The position numbers and the translations under genes are program-made. Source: Patellaria atrata CBS 101060 (Eukaryota). Taken from it: a DNA stretch of 64,000 bases. The stretch spans positions 812,623 through 876,622 of the forward strand of contig MU006092.1 in assembly GCA_010093705.1 (NCBI GenBank). The letters run 5' to 3'. This document shows, in pieces, positions 24,311-39,454 of this stretch; positions within the stretch are counted from its first letter, which is position 1; every line of letters starts with the position of its first letter. The notes under the pieces were generated by a model that was given only the letters and a program-made list of their open reading frames with translations, was not told where the DNA came from and did not search any database.

Positions 24311-25429
24311 TCAGTAATCATCATCAAAGTAAATGTCTCTAACTTCGATGCCGTTGCGCCTCTGATCCCGGACCCAAAAGGAGTGGTATGTACTGTAATC
24401 GCGACGTCCAGTAAGACCGAGTTCCGAGGCGACGTTAACGTATCCATCTGCATTGACTTTGCCGGTTTTCGCGATCTGTTTTAATGACTCCTCATCCCCA
24501 ACCCAAGGCGTACGACAGAACGGGCAAGTGACACCTCCATCTATCCCCTTCTTTGCGGATGCCCACTGTTCGAAACAACCCTTGTGAATATTGTTTCCAC
24601 ATGCTCCCTTGCAATAAACTATCTCTTCTTTGTCTGGCTGAAACTCTTCGCAGCAGATTGGACAATCATCTTCGAGCGGTTTGCGTTTGCCATCGTCGGT
24701 TTGGGATTCGGGACTCGGGATAGGTGGTGCCCGAGAGAAAATGTCGCGTAGTTCAGACTTGAGAAGGGCGAGCTGATATTGAAGAGGCTCTGGTACTTTT
24801 AATACACGAACCATAACCTGAGGGAATTCGTCAATGGGGCTCTCAATTCATGAAGGCCTTCTCACGTACGTATGCGTGATGTTTGCACATATTCCCCTTG
24901 ATCGCATGCGGGCAAGTACATGTAGGAGTTTGTTTGATATGGACAGTATATATATTTCCGGTAGTCCCAGCGATATCAACAAGTTCCTCGGGACATTCCT
25001 CCGTTCCTTTTCGAGTTCGATCGATAACGAACATCCTGATATGTATTATTAGCATTATTGGAATTGGAAAATTGAATGTAAGTGTGCTATACTTCTGTGT
25101 AAGTGCACGCGCTTTTACTTGCAAAAAGGATTGTGGTGCTCTCATCCGATGGCTATCTCTCGAGCATCAGTTTACGTCACTGTCCAATGAAACGAACCCC
25201 AGTTGATAACATACACTCTCATGCGCTTTTCTTCATCATTTTTGGGTTGACTCTTTCTCTTCTTAGTGGGTGAACTAGTAGGAGCACCACCACAATCGTC
25301 TGCTAAGTCAATCGCATTCTTGCGACTTGAGCCATCACTAGCTCGCTTCCTTTTAGACGAACTGGGCTGGGAAGAGGGCCAAGATCGACTGGACTCGGCT
25401 GAGTTCGCTTCGTACTCTGGAATAGCCAT
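24311..25429 (-). CDS. SWIM zinc-finger / RING-finger protein
   Basis: SWIM GTTGNIYTV...CTCP...CKH and RING CPIC...C...CGNNIHKGCF..W...CPFCR; 3 introns. Confidence 0.9.
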
Positions 25430-26151
25430 ACTTTCAGGCGTTCTTAAAATGATTGTGCTTTTGTGATGAAGAGAGTGTTGATAGAGCAGTCGTGAGATGG
25501 TGGCGAGTTTGCACTGTAAACAAATCCGGTTAAGTGAGAGTTCAACAAATGCCAAGGCAATTGAATGACGCCAGAACCCCTCGAAGTCACGTTGAGATAA
25601 GATAAGCCTAGAACTAGAGCTAACATTAGCGTTCCCGGTTGCCCCTTGCTTCCAATTATACAAACGGGCTTCAGATTCATCCTCTCCACTTCCGACTACA
25701 AGCCTCCAACATCCGACAAGGTAAAGGTATGTAGAAAAGACGTTGGAAGACTAAGCCATTGCAATTGGTGTAGGAATGATGAATATGTGCACTATTCGAC
25801 AGTATTACAATGTTATGTGTATTATCCCTCCCCAGGGGCTTGTATCACGAGAGCAGAAAGATATGTAGAAACCTCAATTCTCCAGTCTTTTCCTTCTTCA
25901 GTCAATGTACAAAGAACAGCTCTAGGCAACATCACCTGACTTCGATGTATTCACGCACTTATGTTACCGTCATGTGCGTCTACTGCCTAGAGACGCGTTC
26001 GCGAACTTTCACGGCCAACACAATTGAATATAAGTAGATCGCCAAATGGGCAGTTTTCTTCTTCCTTTACCCTTTTTCATTGCACCAATTTGCCCTTTGT
26101 TTTCTCGGATTCACCTCATAATGGCAGACAAAGCATCAAGCTCCCGTCAAC

Positions 26152-27827
26152 ATGTCCCACCCTAGCGCCTCAGATGATGATGCTGTCCATCGGGAAATGA
26201 TCTCTCAGCTCATCTTACAATGCAAATCCGAATTTCGGGTTACATTTGGATGCGGTGGAGGCATACCAATCGCTCCTCTCTCAGTTCAAACCGCCAACTA
26301 TGGGGAACCGATTGAATTTGCCGCTTTAACAGGAAAGATGTCTGTTGATGTGAACGTAAATCTCAGTTCCCCACCAGTTACCATTCGCTGGGATAGTCCT
26401 ATCAACTCCTCCAGTTCCAACCCTGGAAAATTGACTGGTGCCAAGCTTATCCTTCCCCCAGAGCCTAGTACTACAAATGCAATGGACCAACTCATCAAGG
26501 ATTGTGCACCGGCAACATTTGGCTGCGGGGGGATGGATGTGCTCGATGAGAGTTACCGTAAGGCGAGCAAAATGGATTGTAAGGACTTTTGCACCGATTT
26601 CAACCCGTATGAATTGGGGATTATGAGTGTCGTGCAGCAGATGCTATTGCCGGTCGTCACCGGTAGGTTTCGAGGTGTGCGATGTGAATTGCATAAATTT
26701 AATGTAAGTAACCCTGTCCTAACAGTCGGAGACCAGAAGCTCACATTATCTTGATCAAATAGGTCTACTCAGGTCCTTCTGGGAAATTCAAGTAACACGT
26801 CGATACACCCCGTAGTGAGGCCCAATTTGGAAGCTTAGTTGTGTGTTTACCGTACCCACATCAAGGTATGTTATATCCTCACCCTACCTCTGAAAAATGA
26901 CGATCATCTAAAGTCTCACGACAGGTGGTGAGCTTGTTATTCGCCATGAAAGCCGGACCATGACTTTCGACTGGAGTGATAAAGGTGAGAAACCAGTGAA
27001 TGCAATTCAATGGGCTGCTTTCTACAGTGACTGTGAACACGAAGTTATGGAAGTGAAGAGTGGACATCGGGTCACTTTAACCTATAATCTTTATGTCACC
27101 CCTGGAGCTGGAGATTTGGTTACGCCAGACAATCGGCGCGCATTATCCCAATGGACCCAACCCAATTGCACTTCTATGGAGTTATGAAAAAATTAATGAG
27201 CGAGCCCAAATTTATGACTCAAGGTAAGATGATTCTTGTATGTTCCTGATACTTGTTTCTTTATTGACAATTATTCTTCTAGGGGGAATACTTGGATTCT
27301 CTTGCGCCCATGCTTATGCGCATCACAGCAAGGTTTCTCCAATATTTTTACCACAAGCACTCAAGGGTTCTGATATGGTTATCTATGAGATCTTTCGTAC
27401 TCTGGGTCTCGAGGTTGTACTTCGTCCCGTCCTTGATCAAGAACCCTTTCTCGAATCTTCTTACCTCTATTCTTGCGATGGCGATGAGAGTGATTCTGAG
27501 GAAGAAATTTCCACCAAGAGTGAAAAAGAAATGATAGGTGACCGTCTCCACTCAACAAACTTTACTAAGCTTCGTCGGTGTGACGATGAGCTCGAGGAGA
27601 TATACCAGCAGGGTCTTCTACATACTTTTCAGCGTATACAGTGGATCCGGGGTCATCGTGACGAGACCCGTGACGTAGCTTTCACATATACAGCTGTAAG
27701 TTCATTGAAGCATAGATATATAGACCTAGTATTCTGACGAATTATGCAGTACGGCAACGAGGCGGCTTCTTCTTATATCTATTCAAACTTGGCAATCCTT
27801 GTGGTGATCCCTCCTAAGAAGACTTAG
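26152..27827 (+). pseudogene. 2OG-Fe(II) oxygenase family gene, apparently disrupted
   Basis: Motifs PATFG, KFNVYSGPSGKFK*HVDTPR, QFGSLVVCLP, WAAFYSDCEHEV..V.SGHRVTLTYNL, YGNE; in-frame TAA 26793-26795 and a frameshift at about 27110-27150. Confidence 0.8.
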
Positions 27828-28619
27828 AAAACTTAGGCACACTGTGAATGGTACAATTATGTATCTCCATTTCTGGAATGAGTTTCAATGGGGAGAATTG
27901 CATTCATGGTGAAAGCTATCTTAAAGTCGTCATAGGATGGCTGTTTGTAATGGGATCTTAACCCGTGTTCCTTGGTAGAAAACCCAAACCTTGTCCAAAA
28001 AAAAATATAAAAAATAAAAACGATGCGTTGCTTCTATAATCTCCTTCTCGTTTCCGAATTTCTTCAGTATAATTACATTTATAGTTTTAAACAATCTCTG
28101 ACTCGACGATACACGTCACTAACGTGTACAACTCAAGATTCAAATGGACAAGATCGAGTATATACCCAGGTCTACGCAACAAAAAGCATAATGATTAAAC
28201 AGCTAACTTCATAGTCGGAACCAACTAAGAGAACCCTATGTTGCGCTCTTCCGTATATCCAAGATATCAAGGCTAATGTTCCCATCTCGTACTGTGCGCT
28301 CCGCCTAGATCCTTCCCTCGACAGTCCTCTCGCACATAAGAGAGTAAGAGACCACGGTCTTTATTCAAGTCTCCCGTCTGCGGTAAATATCGACGACCGG
28401 TGTCCCAGTCAGCGCTTGACTCCTGACCGATGCTACATAGCAGTAAAGATCAACCCCCGTTTCCGAGGAAACCGAGCACCCTTCACCGTACCTGCAGGAA
28501 ACCCTAAAAATACTTCCCCTCCACCGCACATCCCACCCACGAATATAAAACCCGCCTCGCCTCCCTCCAACCCGTACGTTCCACACCATATTTGATTCCC
28601 CCTTTCCCAATTCCCAACA

Positions 28620-29555
28620 ATGGCAACCGCCCTATACGGCCTCCCGACCCTCCTAGCCCAAGACATATTCCATCCCCTCCCCGTAGACCCAGTCGCAAAC
28701 ATTCTCTCCCACCCTTCCTTCCTCCCCCTCCCCGGCGCCCTCAACTTCCGCGACATAGCCCACGCCGCGCATCCCCACCCCAAACCCAACCTCATCTACT
28801 GTGCCGGCGCCCTGACGAACCTCACCGACGACGGCAAAAGACACCTCACCGACCCTGGCGTCACGCGCGTGTACGATCTATGTAGCAAGCCGAAGCGGGC
28901 GCACGTGCCGGCGATCGAGATCGCGGGGGTGAGGACGGTGTAGGTGGAAGACGAGAGCAGGCCGCGAGTTGAGTTCGAAGCGTATGCGGAGGAAGGGGGT
29001 AGAGCGGCGTATGTGAGGTTGTACATGGGGATTTTGGAGACGCATAGGGGGGTTTTCGGGGCGGTGTTGAGGGGGTTTTTGGAGGAGGATGGGGGATTGG
29101 TGTTTTGTTGTACAGGTATGGAGATTTGTGGTTTTGGGATAGGGTGTGGTTTAAGCCGGTTGGGAATGGATGGACTGGATGAGGAAATGTAGACTGATAT
29201 TTGTGGGTTTGTATAGCTGGGAAAGGCCGCACTGGCGTCCTCGCTGCTGTGGTCCTTGGTATCGTCGGCGCTCCGAGGTCGGTTATCGCCGCCGACTATG
29301 TACTCACCCGCATCGGGACGGAACCGGCCCGTGAAGTACTGCTCGCGTTCCTCCTCGCGCATAACCCAGGGTTGGGTAAAGAGAGTCGTGGGTTCCGCAA
29401 CTTCTGTCAGACGAGTGAAGAAGTCATGGAGTTTGTTTCTTGATGCGGTGGATGAGAAGTATGGAGGGATAGAGGGATATACGAGAGAGGTGTTGGGATT
29501 TACTGAGGAGAAGTTGGGGAGGATCAAGGAGAGGTTGAGGGTGGAAGAGGTTTAA
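28620..29555 (+). pseudogene. Tyrosine phosphatase (Y_phosphatase3/PtpB-like) pseudogene
   Basis: NFRD motif; spliced P-loop FCCTAGKGRTG (intron 29116-29216); IAADYVLT and KYGGIEGY motifs; in-frame TAG 28941-28943 and frameshift at about 29432. Confidence 0.82.
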
Positions 29556-29863
29556 GAGGATGAAGGAGATATGCTTACGACTGGAAGAGGATTACTGTGG
29601 TATTGCACAGTCAGTTTCGTAGTTAGAAATGGCCTCTGTGCTGACTGAATAGACAAAAGAAAGAGTTAAGGAGATCATAGTTAAAATCCTGCTGTGACAT
29701 GTACAACAAACCTACAGCAACATCGAAGACAATAATGACAAAGTAAGGAGTACTTCCCGGCTTTTCTCACCATTAACCCCTATGCCATCCATCACGTGCT
29801 TAATATCCCGCTCCAAAATTCACTCAAACCGTCCGCCCAATCCAGTTTGGAACCCTCTTACCT

Positions 29864-29871
29864 TATAAATA
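29864..29871 (+). promoter_or_regulatory. TATA element about 30 nt upstream of the Pol III-type unit
   Basis: TATAAATA. Confidence 0.5.
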
Positions 29872-29895
29872 ATCTTGGCAGAGTTAACTTCCAAC

Positions 29896-30063
29896 TAACT
29901 AGTAGCAGAGCGGTCAGGCAGTCTGACTACGGTCCCCCTTCGATCGAAACGTCGTCGGTTCGAATCCCTCCGGGCGGGTTTAACGGTAAACCTCAGGTCA
30001 ATGGAGCAGCGGCAGTAAAAACCCGTCCGGGGGTTCAAGGAGTCCTAAGGGGCTAATTGTTTT
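29896..30063 (+). ncRNA. Pol III-type RNA: degenerate tRNA-Arg(ACG) head plus long hairpin with SRP helix-8-like motif
   Basis: A box TAGCAGAGCGG 29903-29913, GTCTGACTACGG 29921-29932, B box GGTTCGAATCC 29957-29967, 12-bp stem 29970-29981 / 30019-30030, followed by oligo-T. Confidence 0.65.
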
Positions 30064-30094
30064 GACTTTTCTATTTTTTCTTTTTTTTTTTTTT
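30060..30094 (+). terminator. Oligo-T Pol III terminator
   Basis: T4, T4, T6 and T14 runs directly after the hairpin. Confidence 0.6.
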
Positions 30095-30339
30095 CAGTAA
30101 TCTTTTTCAAAATTGTTATAAGCTCTGAAGCTAGAGATCCTCTAAGCTTGGTATTTTTCCTCTTTCTTCTTCCATTAAACTTTTGTAGCCTCAGCGAGGT
30201 GTCCAGCTCTGATTAAGTTTGAACTTTCTCTTTCTTCAACCTTAAATTTAGGTGTTAGATATCTACAATAGGCTTGAAAGAGCCTCGACCTCCTCTCTCA
30301 CTCACTTTTAGTAGGCCATAACCATTTCATCACACTACT

Positions 30340-31993
30340 TCACTCCGTCACCCGCTCAGTCTGTCCAGCATCTGCACTCTCTCCATCCTGAATATCCGCC
30401 GCAACCTTCAGCGCCCTCCGTCTCGCATCCACATACATCATAAATTCCTGATATGTCCTCGGCATAACCCTGACATCCCTCTCCACGTTAAAGGTATAGT
30501 TGAACTGACCCGTCGGCTTCGTCTCCCCATGTTCCACATCCCGCACCTTACTATCCACCCTCACCTGCACCCTCGTGTACCGCTTCCCCTCCTTCTCAAG
30601 ATCACTCGTCCGCCTCCCCTCTTTATTCTCAGAGTCGGCGGTTTTTTCACCTTCGGCAGCGACAAGGGGAGGATCGGTGTACACGACGTGTGCACTTAGA
30701 TACAGTACGCTACCAACCGGCACAGGGTTCTGAAACGTGCTGGGATCCAAACTCACAAACGTCGGCCGCGCATGCGCGAAGCTCGCCGCACAAAGAAACG
30801 CCAGCTCGAACGTCTGCTTCAGTAAAAAGCCACCGAAGATCATAAAGTGGTGTCGATTTCTATACTGGGGTTGCATGATCGCCGCCGTGCTCACCTTAGT
30901 GGTATCCATGTATACGACGTTGGAAGGCTTGCGCAGCGGGTCATTTGGGTCGTGGTATTGCAGCTCCCGCAGCCACATTGAGTGGATCAAGTCTGACTCG
31001 AGGTCGTTGGGCGTGTGCTTTAGGAGTGAGATTTTGCTGAGTTCTTTGCGAGCGGCGGAGTTACGTTCGCCGCTTGCAAACATGCGTTTTTCTTCTTCGG
31101 TTTCGGCGAGGACCGGGCTGATGGGGACGGGTCTGGGGGGAAGTCAGCTTTATTCTTCGAAGGGACGTGGGAGGTAGACTTCTTGGTCCCAGGGTCTAGA
31201 GAGACCATGGTGCATGCGCAGGTGATGAGAATATCTTCTTTCTTCACCTTCTCGTCCTTTTTCGGCGCTCTAGCGACTTGTAGAGATATCTCCATACTAC
31301 TTCTACCGGTTGCGTAGGTGACTTGGCCGCTGAGTTCCAGGTCACATATCTCCGTGAGGGGATGATTGATCGTGATCCTATCGAAAGCCGCTGTAACCGT
31401 TGTAACCGCCTACGCGCGTCAGAAATTGACGATCGGAATCACTTTATAAAAAGCCTACATCGCCAGTATGCTTGTACGCAATAACCCCCGAGAGTGCGTC
31501 CAGGTCCATGAATATCGTCCCTAGCCTTATGTCCCCCGACGAATTTGTATAAGTATCCAACAACCACGGATCCTGCCCTAGGGGAATGATCTATTTACTA
31601 CATATCAGTCAGCTCTCCCATTACGCTTTTCCTTCTGCCCCATTGCCTCCCGACTTTCCACTAAAAGCCCCAGTTCACACCACTTACAACGCTGTGATAA
31701 CTATCGCTCATCCTCTTCGCACTCAAATCCCTCTCCTCTGGCTTCCCCACCTCCGATTTCCCCGACGCTTCTGTCGGATCCTCACCCTGTTCTTGCTTTT
31801 TCCTCAACGCCTCGATCCACGGAGTCTGCACTCTTGCCTCAGTCAACTCTCTGAAAACTCCATCCGTGCGGCAGATCGTGGTCGTCTGGTAGGATTGTGT
31901 TATGCATCGCGGGAGGTTGTGTGGGCGGCGTAGCAAGGGATGGGAGATGAGGCGAAGGATGCGGAGGCGGGCGGACTTCAGGGGTAAAGCCAT
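30340..31993 (-). CDS. Mitochondrial double hot-dog acyl-CoA thioesterase (ACOT9-like)
   Basis: Presequence; MSDSY; RLGTIFMDLDALSG; YATGRSSMEI; RNRHHFMIFGGFLLKQTFELAF; introns. Confidence 0.9.
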
Positions 31994-32578
31994 TAATTAT
32001 CTATCTCGCGGTTGGAGCGAATGTAGAGTGCATTGGGGGTGACGATGCGTGGTGAGGAGCTATCCCAGTTCCCTGAGCTGAGCTATGGAGTTACATAGCG
32101 CGGAGAACGGCGGGACAAGAGGAGCGCCAAGTCTGGGTCCTGCTCCGAAGAACATCGACCCGACTCCCGAAAAGGGGCATGGTAAGGTGTCTAGGGAGAT
32201 TCGAGACGTAGACCATATCTACGGTATTCCTTGCCGTAGGTTATGTAATGCGGCGGTAGCTGCACAGATATTACTCAGGCGGTTCCCTTTCAGAATGTGG
32301 TATCCTCGGCGAGGGGGATCTATCACTAAATATTTAAACTAGTTCAGGATTCCCTATTCGCGCTTGCTAATCAGGGGAACTAATTATTTCTGTTCGAGGA
32401 GCTAGAAGTCCGCTACTCGGCTTGCTCTGTACGTCTACGTTCTCCATATCAATAATCTCAAACTAGGAAGCACAATAGTCCCTCCGATACAGAACAACCA
32501 ATGAAACGCCTCGACTTGATCGATACAAACATATGTGGCCTGAACCAGAAAGAGAAGGATGAAAGACAAATACATGGT

Positions 32579-35534
<2,956 letters not shown>

Positions 35535-36557
35535 GATGCTGATAGCAGTTGATATCAGAGCCGTGAACGATAGAGAAGGTTCAATTTTTGAGTGTCGGCA
35601 CCTTAAGGGAAAGTCCTAGCCACGCAAGCGTGACCAGAAGGGATGAGGCGTTATGTTGCTGGAGGAAACCGGGGGGTGTGACGGGAGATTCGAGGTGGGC
35701 TGTGTAAGTGATAAGTACACCAGGTAGAAGAAAAGGCCTGGTACAAAACTACAAGAACGCAAGAGCAACGGAATGAGGTATTGAAACGGGAGCGAAGCAG
35801 TGTGCGCGCGCCTTCAACAACGCAAATGAATGAGCGGCTGAGTTGGGCGTGGTTCAAAATGATGTGAGGGTTGATAGATGTTAAAGGTTGTGGGTTAGGT
35901 TATGTTGCCCCGTTCGAGGAGAGGAGGGGCTTAGGTACGGAAGTCTTGGTGTGTACTGTATCTACTGTACTGTACAGGTCTAGTTAGTTCTAGGTCCAGC
36001 CTCCAGAATCCCAGACGTCCGAACATCAAAGAAAATAAGCAGAAAAGCCGAGGGGAATAAGTACGGTATGTAGTTAATTTGAGCTATTGGCCATTATCAC
36101 GAAACAAGACTCGACGTTACCGCCGTACCGTAGCTTTGCATAACTTGTGAGGTTGGTGGCACTATCAACATCTACATTCAACCCGCATGTCATCACACGA
36201 TTGGACGATGGAATAAGGTACGCGTCAGGATACTATGTACTATATATCTATTAAAAGATACACAGAAGTGACCACCGTTTCGAACCTGGATGTACACATC
36301 AAGCGTACTCTATACAGGACCTAAGAAGGATAGACTAGTATTATCTACTATTGAGACTTGATGGTAGAGAGGTCGTAGATCGCTAGAATTTATGAACTTT
36401 CACAATCTAAAGAGGATAGTATCAGTTACATCAAATTAGTTAATTCTACAGAGATGTTACATATTGACGTCCGGTTCCCTAAGGGTATCCAATATTACAA
36501 TTGCCCTACGGACGTCCACATCGTTGCTCTATACTACACTGCTGCTGCTCGGAACCT

Positions 36558-37420
36558 CTATTTCCCCTTTGGTCTTCTCTTTCCAATATCCCACCCCCAG
36601 CCTCTTAATACCTTAACGACCTTGGGTGTCACCGCCGCCGTTAACGGGACTCTCATAAAGATGAAGGACTTATGTATCGCATATGCCAACGCCAACTGCG
36701 TCCAGATGGCTGTGTAGAAAAGGAACATATTAGCAAAACCTTTCCTCATTCAACCCAGTATGGTTTCAACTTACTAGCATTCGCTCCTGTATTATTGGCA
36801 ACCGCCTCATCGACCTCTTCTGACCACCCAACTGCTCCCTCCCTCACCGTCGCCTCAGCAGGTCCTTCATCCTCAGGTCCTCCTATAGCCTCTTTCTTCC
36901 TCTCCGCGTCTGGGAATGGGATCCTCACCACGGCCCAAAACGCGTCAATGACAGCATGCTCCCATCGTCCAATCCGATCCGTCCCTAATACCCTAACCGC
37001 CAAAAAGCAAAATGGAAAGTCCAGAGCTGATAGTAGCATATATACCCCAAAGGCGCCCCATCCATATTCCCTCGATAGTTTTTTCAAGCGCTGTGATAAC
37101 GACGGGGCTGGAGCCGGCGAATTGAGGTTGGGTGTTGGGTGAGGGTTTGGAGACGTATGCGGTGATTGTTTCGAACCATTGTTACGAATGAAACGTAGGG
37201 CGCGAGACTGGATCCAGGGGCGGGTCTGGATTTGCCGCTGGAAGAGTAGTAGAAGTGAAGAGCTCCTAGCTGATCTTTTTGTGTGAAATAAGCGGACCGA
37301 AGGGGAAGACTTAAAAAACTGAGGCGGGAGGTTGTGGGGAGCTTGACAACAGGTACTGGAGTCCCAACCACGCGCCCTACGCGAGATGGAGAACGGGCTG
37401 GGGGGAAATGTTGGCTTCAT
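36558..37420 (-). CDS. NAT2: Mitochondrial DUF1279/FAM210 (Nat2-like) protein
   Basis: RLKKLSREYGW...LSALDFPFCF and WTQLALAYAIHKSFIFMRVPLTAAVTPKVVK; one intron. Confidence 0.85.
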
Positions 37421-37784
37421 CTTAACACTTTGTATGTCAGTTGACTTTACAGGAGAATAACTGTTATGACATGTTGAAGTGGATGTAGAAGTTGTCTGAT
37501 GTAACTGCAACGAGAGAACTATCCGTGTCTTGGCATTGTGTCGTAGTCAGGTCTGAGGAAAAAGTGCTCCGTATCCTATAATATATCAAAGTATCAACCA
37601 CATATCATCTCCCTGGAAATTTGATATACGATGCTGAATTCCTTTTCAACTATCCAGTTTCACTCTAATTCATGTCTTCTACATCATCTATATGCTATCC
37701 CTGTAACTCCTGAAAGGGGCGCTCCAAGTATTGTAAACATAACTCCTACCCATGCAACAATTAGCTCTCCAGTCAAATTGACCC

Positions 37785-39454
37785 TCAAACCCTTAGAGTC
37801 CTTAGTTGAACCTCTTGCAATCCTCTTCTCCCTTGATCTAGTCCTAAACTTGAATTATCTTCCATAACCTCTACCAGTCCCCTTTCTTCATCTCTTCCCG
37901 TCCCTCGTCCTTCCGTAGTCTCCTTGCTAACTGCACTATCCTTATGCACCGCGACATATATTGCGGAGCCAAGGATTAGACTGGATCCAATAATCGAGAG
38001 AAGTTCAGGAGTCGTCCCAAAGACTAGTTTGTCGAAGGCTAAGGCAAAAAGCATCTGCGTATAAACCATATTGGTTGCTCGAGAGGATTTCTCATATTGA
38101 AGGCCGGCCGCCAGAAGAAATTGCATCACAAACCCACATACACCCAAAAATATCAGTAGAGCCCATTCCTTCATATTAGCCGGAAGTAGAAATCCAATAT
38201 CAGGTAGTGCAAACATCATAACTGTAGCCACGATAGTACACCATACCGCGAAATAATTAACGCTAAGGAGCGGATGGGCTCTCTTTCCAATCCATCGAAT
38301 CGTTGTGTAAGCACATGCGGCACCGAGGACACCCAGCATCGCAAGACCGACAGCACCAGCTCTTTGCGCTGGCGTGACGTTGTCATAGTTAAAACGGTCG
38401 TGTGGTGAAGTAGTAGAGTTGGGCGCACCTGAAATTGGCGCAATATCCGCATCACCGCTTGTGGGAGGTGTGGAGACCTGACGTGAGAAGGATAACGTGG
38501 GGCGGGCAATGAGCACAACTCCAAACAAGGATATGTATGCTGCGATCTGTTCCATCCTGGTAAAAGGTTCGTTGATGAGGAACGAACATGCCCAGCACGC
38601 GAGTGAAGGGGCCAGAAAAGTGAGTACGGTAGCATCTGCAAGGGGAAGATACATGAGAGAATCTAGTAGGATGAATGAGTATTCCAAAGTCCAATAGGTG
38701 AATGGTAATTCTTGAGTAAACGTACAGTACAATCCGAAGACGCCAAAGAAACCCCCAATCCCACGAGCAACCAGGAGAAGCCGGATCTCTCGCATACCGA
38801 AAGGAAAATGTTCTATCTTTGTAAACCACATATATGTGGAAGCGAGGACCACTGTTATGCTCATACGAGCAAATAATATCTGCAATAAGTTAGAAAATGT
38901 TTTGTTCTTCACTTCTTCGAAAATGTCATTTTCATGTAAACTACAGCGCTATGACTTACATGAAATGGATGCATGCCTTTTCCATTGTTTCCTTCAAGTT
39001 CTAGTAACCGAGTCGTCACGTTCATCAAGGTTCCGAAAAGTTGAGCAATTAGTACAAGACAAAGTCCCTTATTTCTAATCCAAGCATTTTGGATCTTCTT
39101 CTTTAGTGATAGAGGAGGAGCCGGAGATCTGGATGCATGCGTCTGTCCCTGATGATCAGGATAATGAAGAAGCTCTATTGCTCTACCGGTACGAAGTGCA
39201 TTGTAATCTTCTACTGAGAGGTTTGATAATGTATCTGGAGATGGGGCTCTTATTACACCCGTGTATTGTGGCACACTAAAGTGATCTTGTATATCCTTTT
39301 GTAGAGCAACATTTACTTCATTTAAGAGTGGTAGTGGAGAAACTCCATCTGCTTCTGAGTCAGAGTGGGGAATAACTTCTCCGTTACTGGCACGCATATA
39401 AAGTGCCTTGTCGTTGATGAGCTCCGAGTTAGACGGAGGGAAGCTCATATTCAC
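37785..39454 (-). CDS. EamA/DMT-family membrane transporter
   Basis: About 10 TM helices; MHPF.ILFARM, LLVARG, LPLADATVLTFLAP, TIRWIGKRAHPL; 2 introns. Confidence 0.9.

Noticed and set aside
29896..29977. Functional tRNA-Arg(ACG) gene
   Set aside because: The acceptor stem does not pair and the T stem has two mismatches; only the promoter boxes and part of the anticodon arm remain
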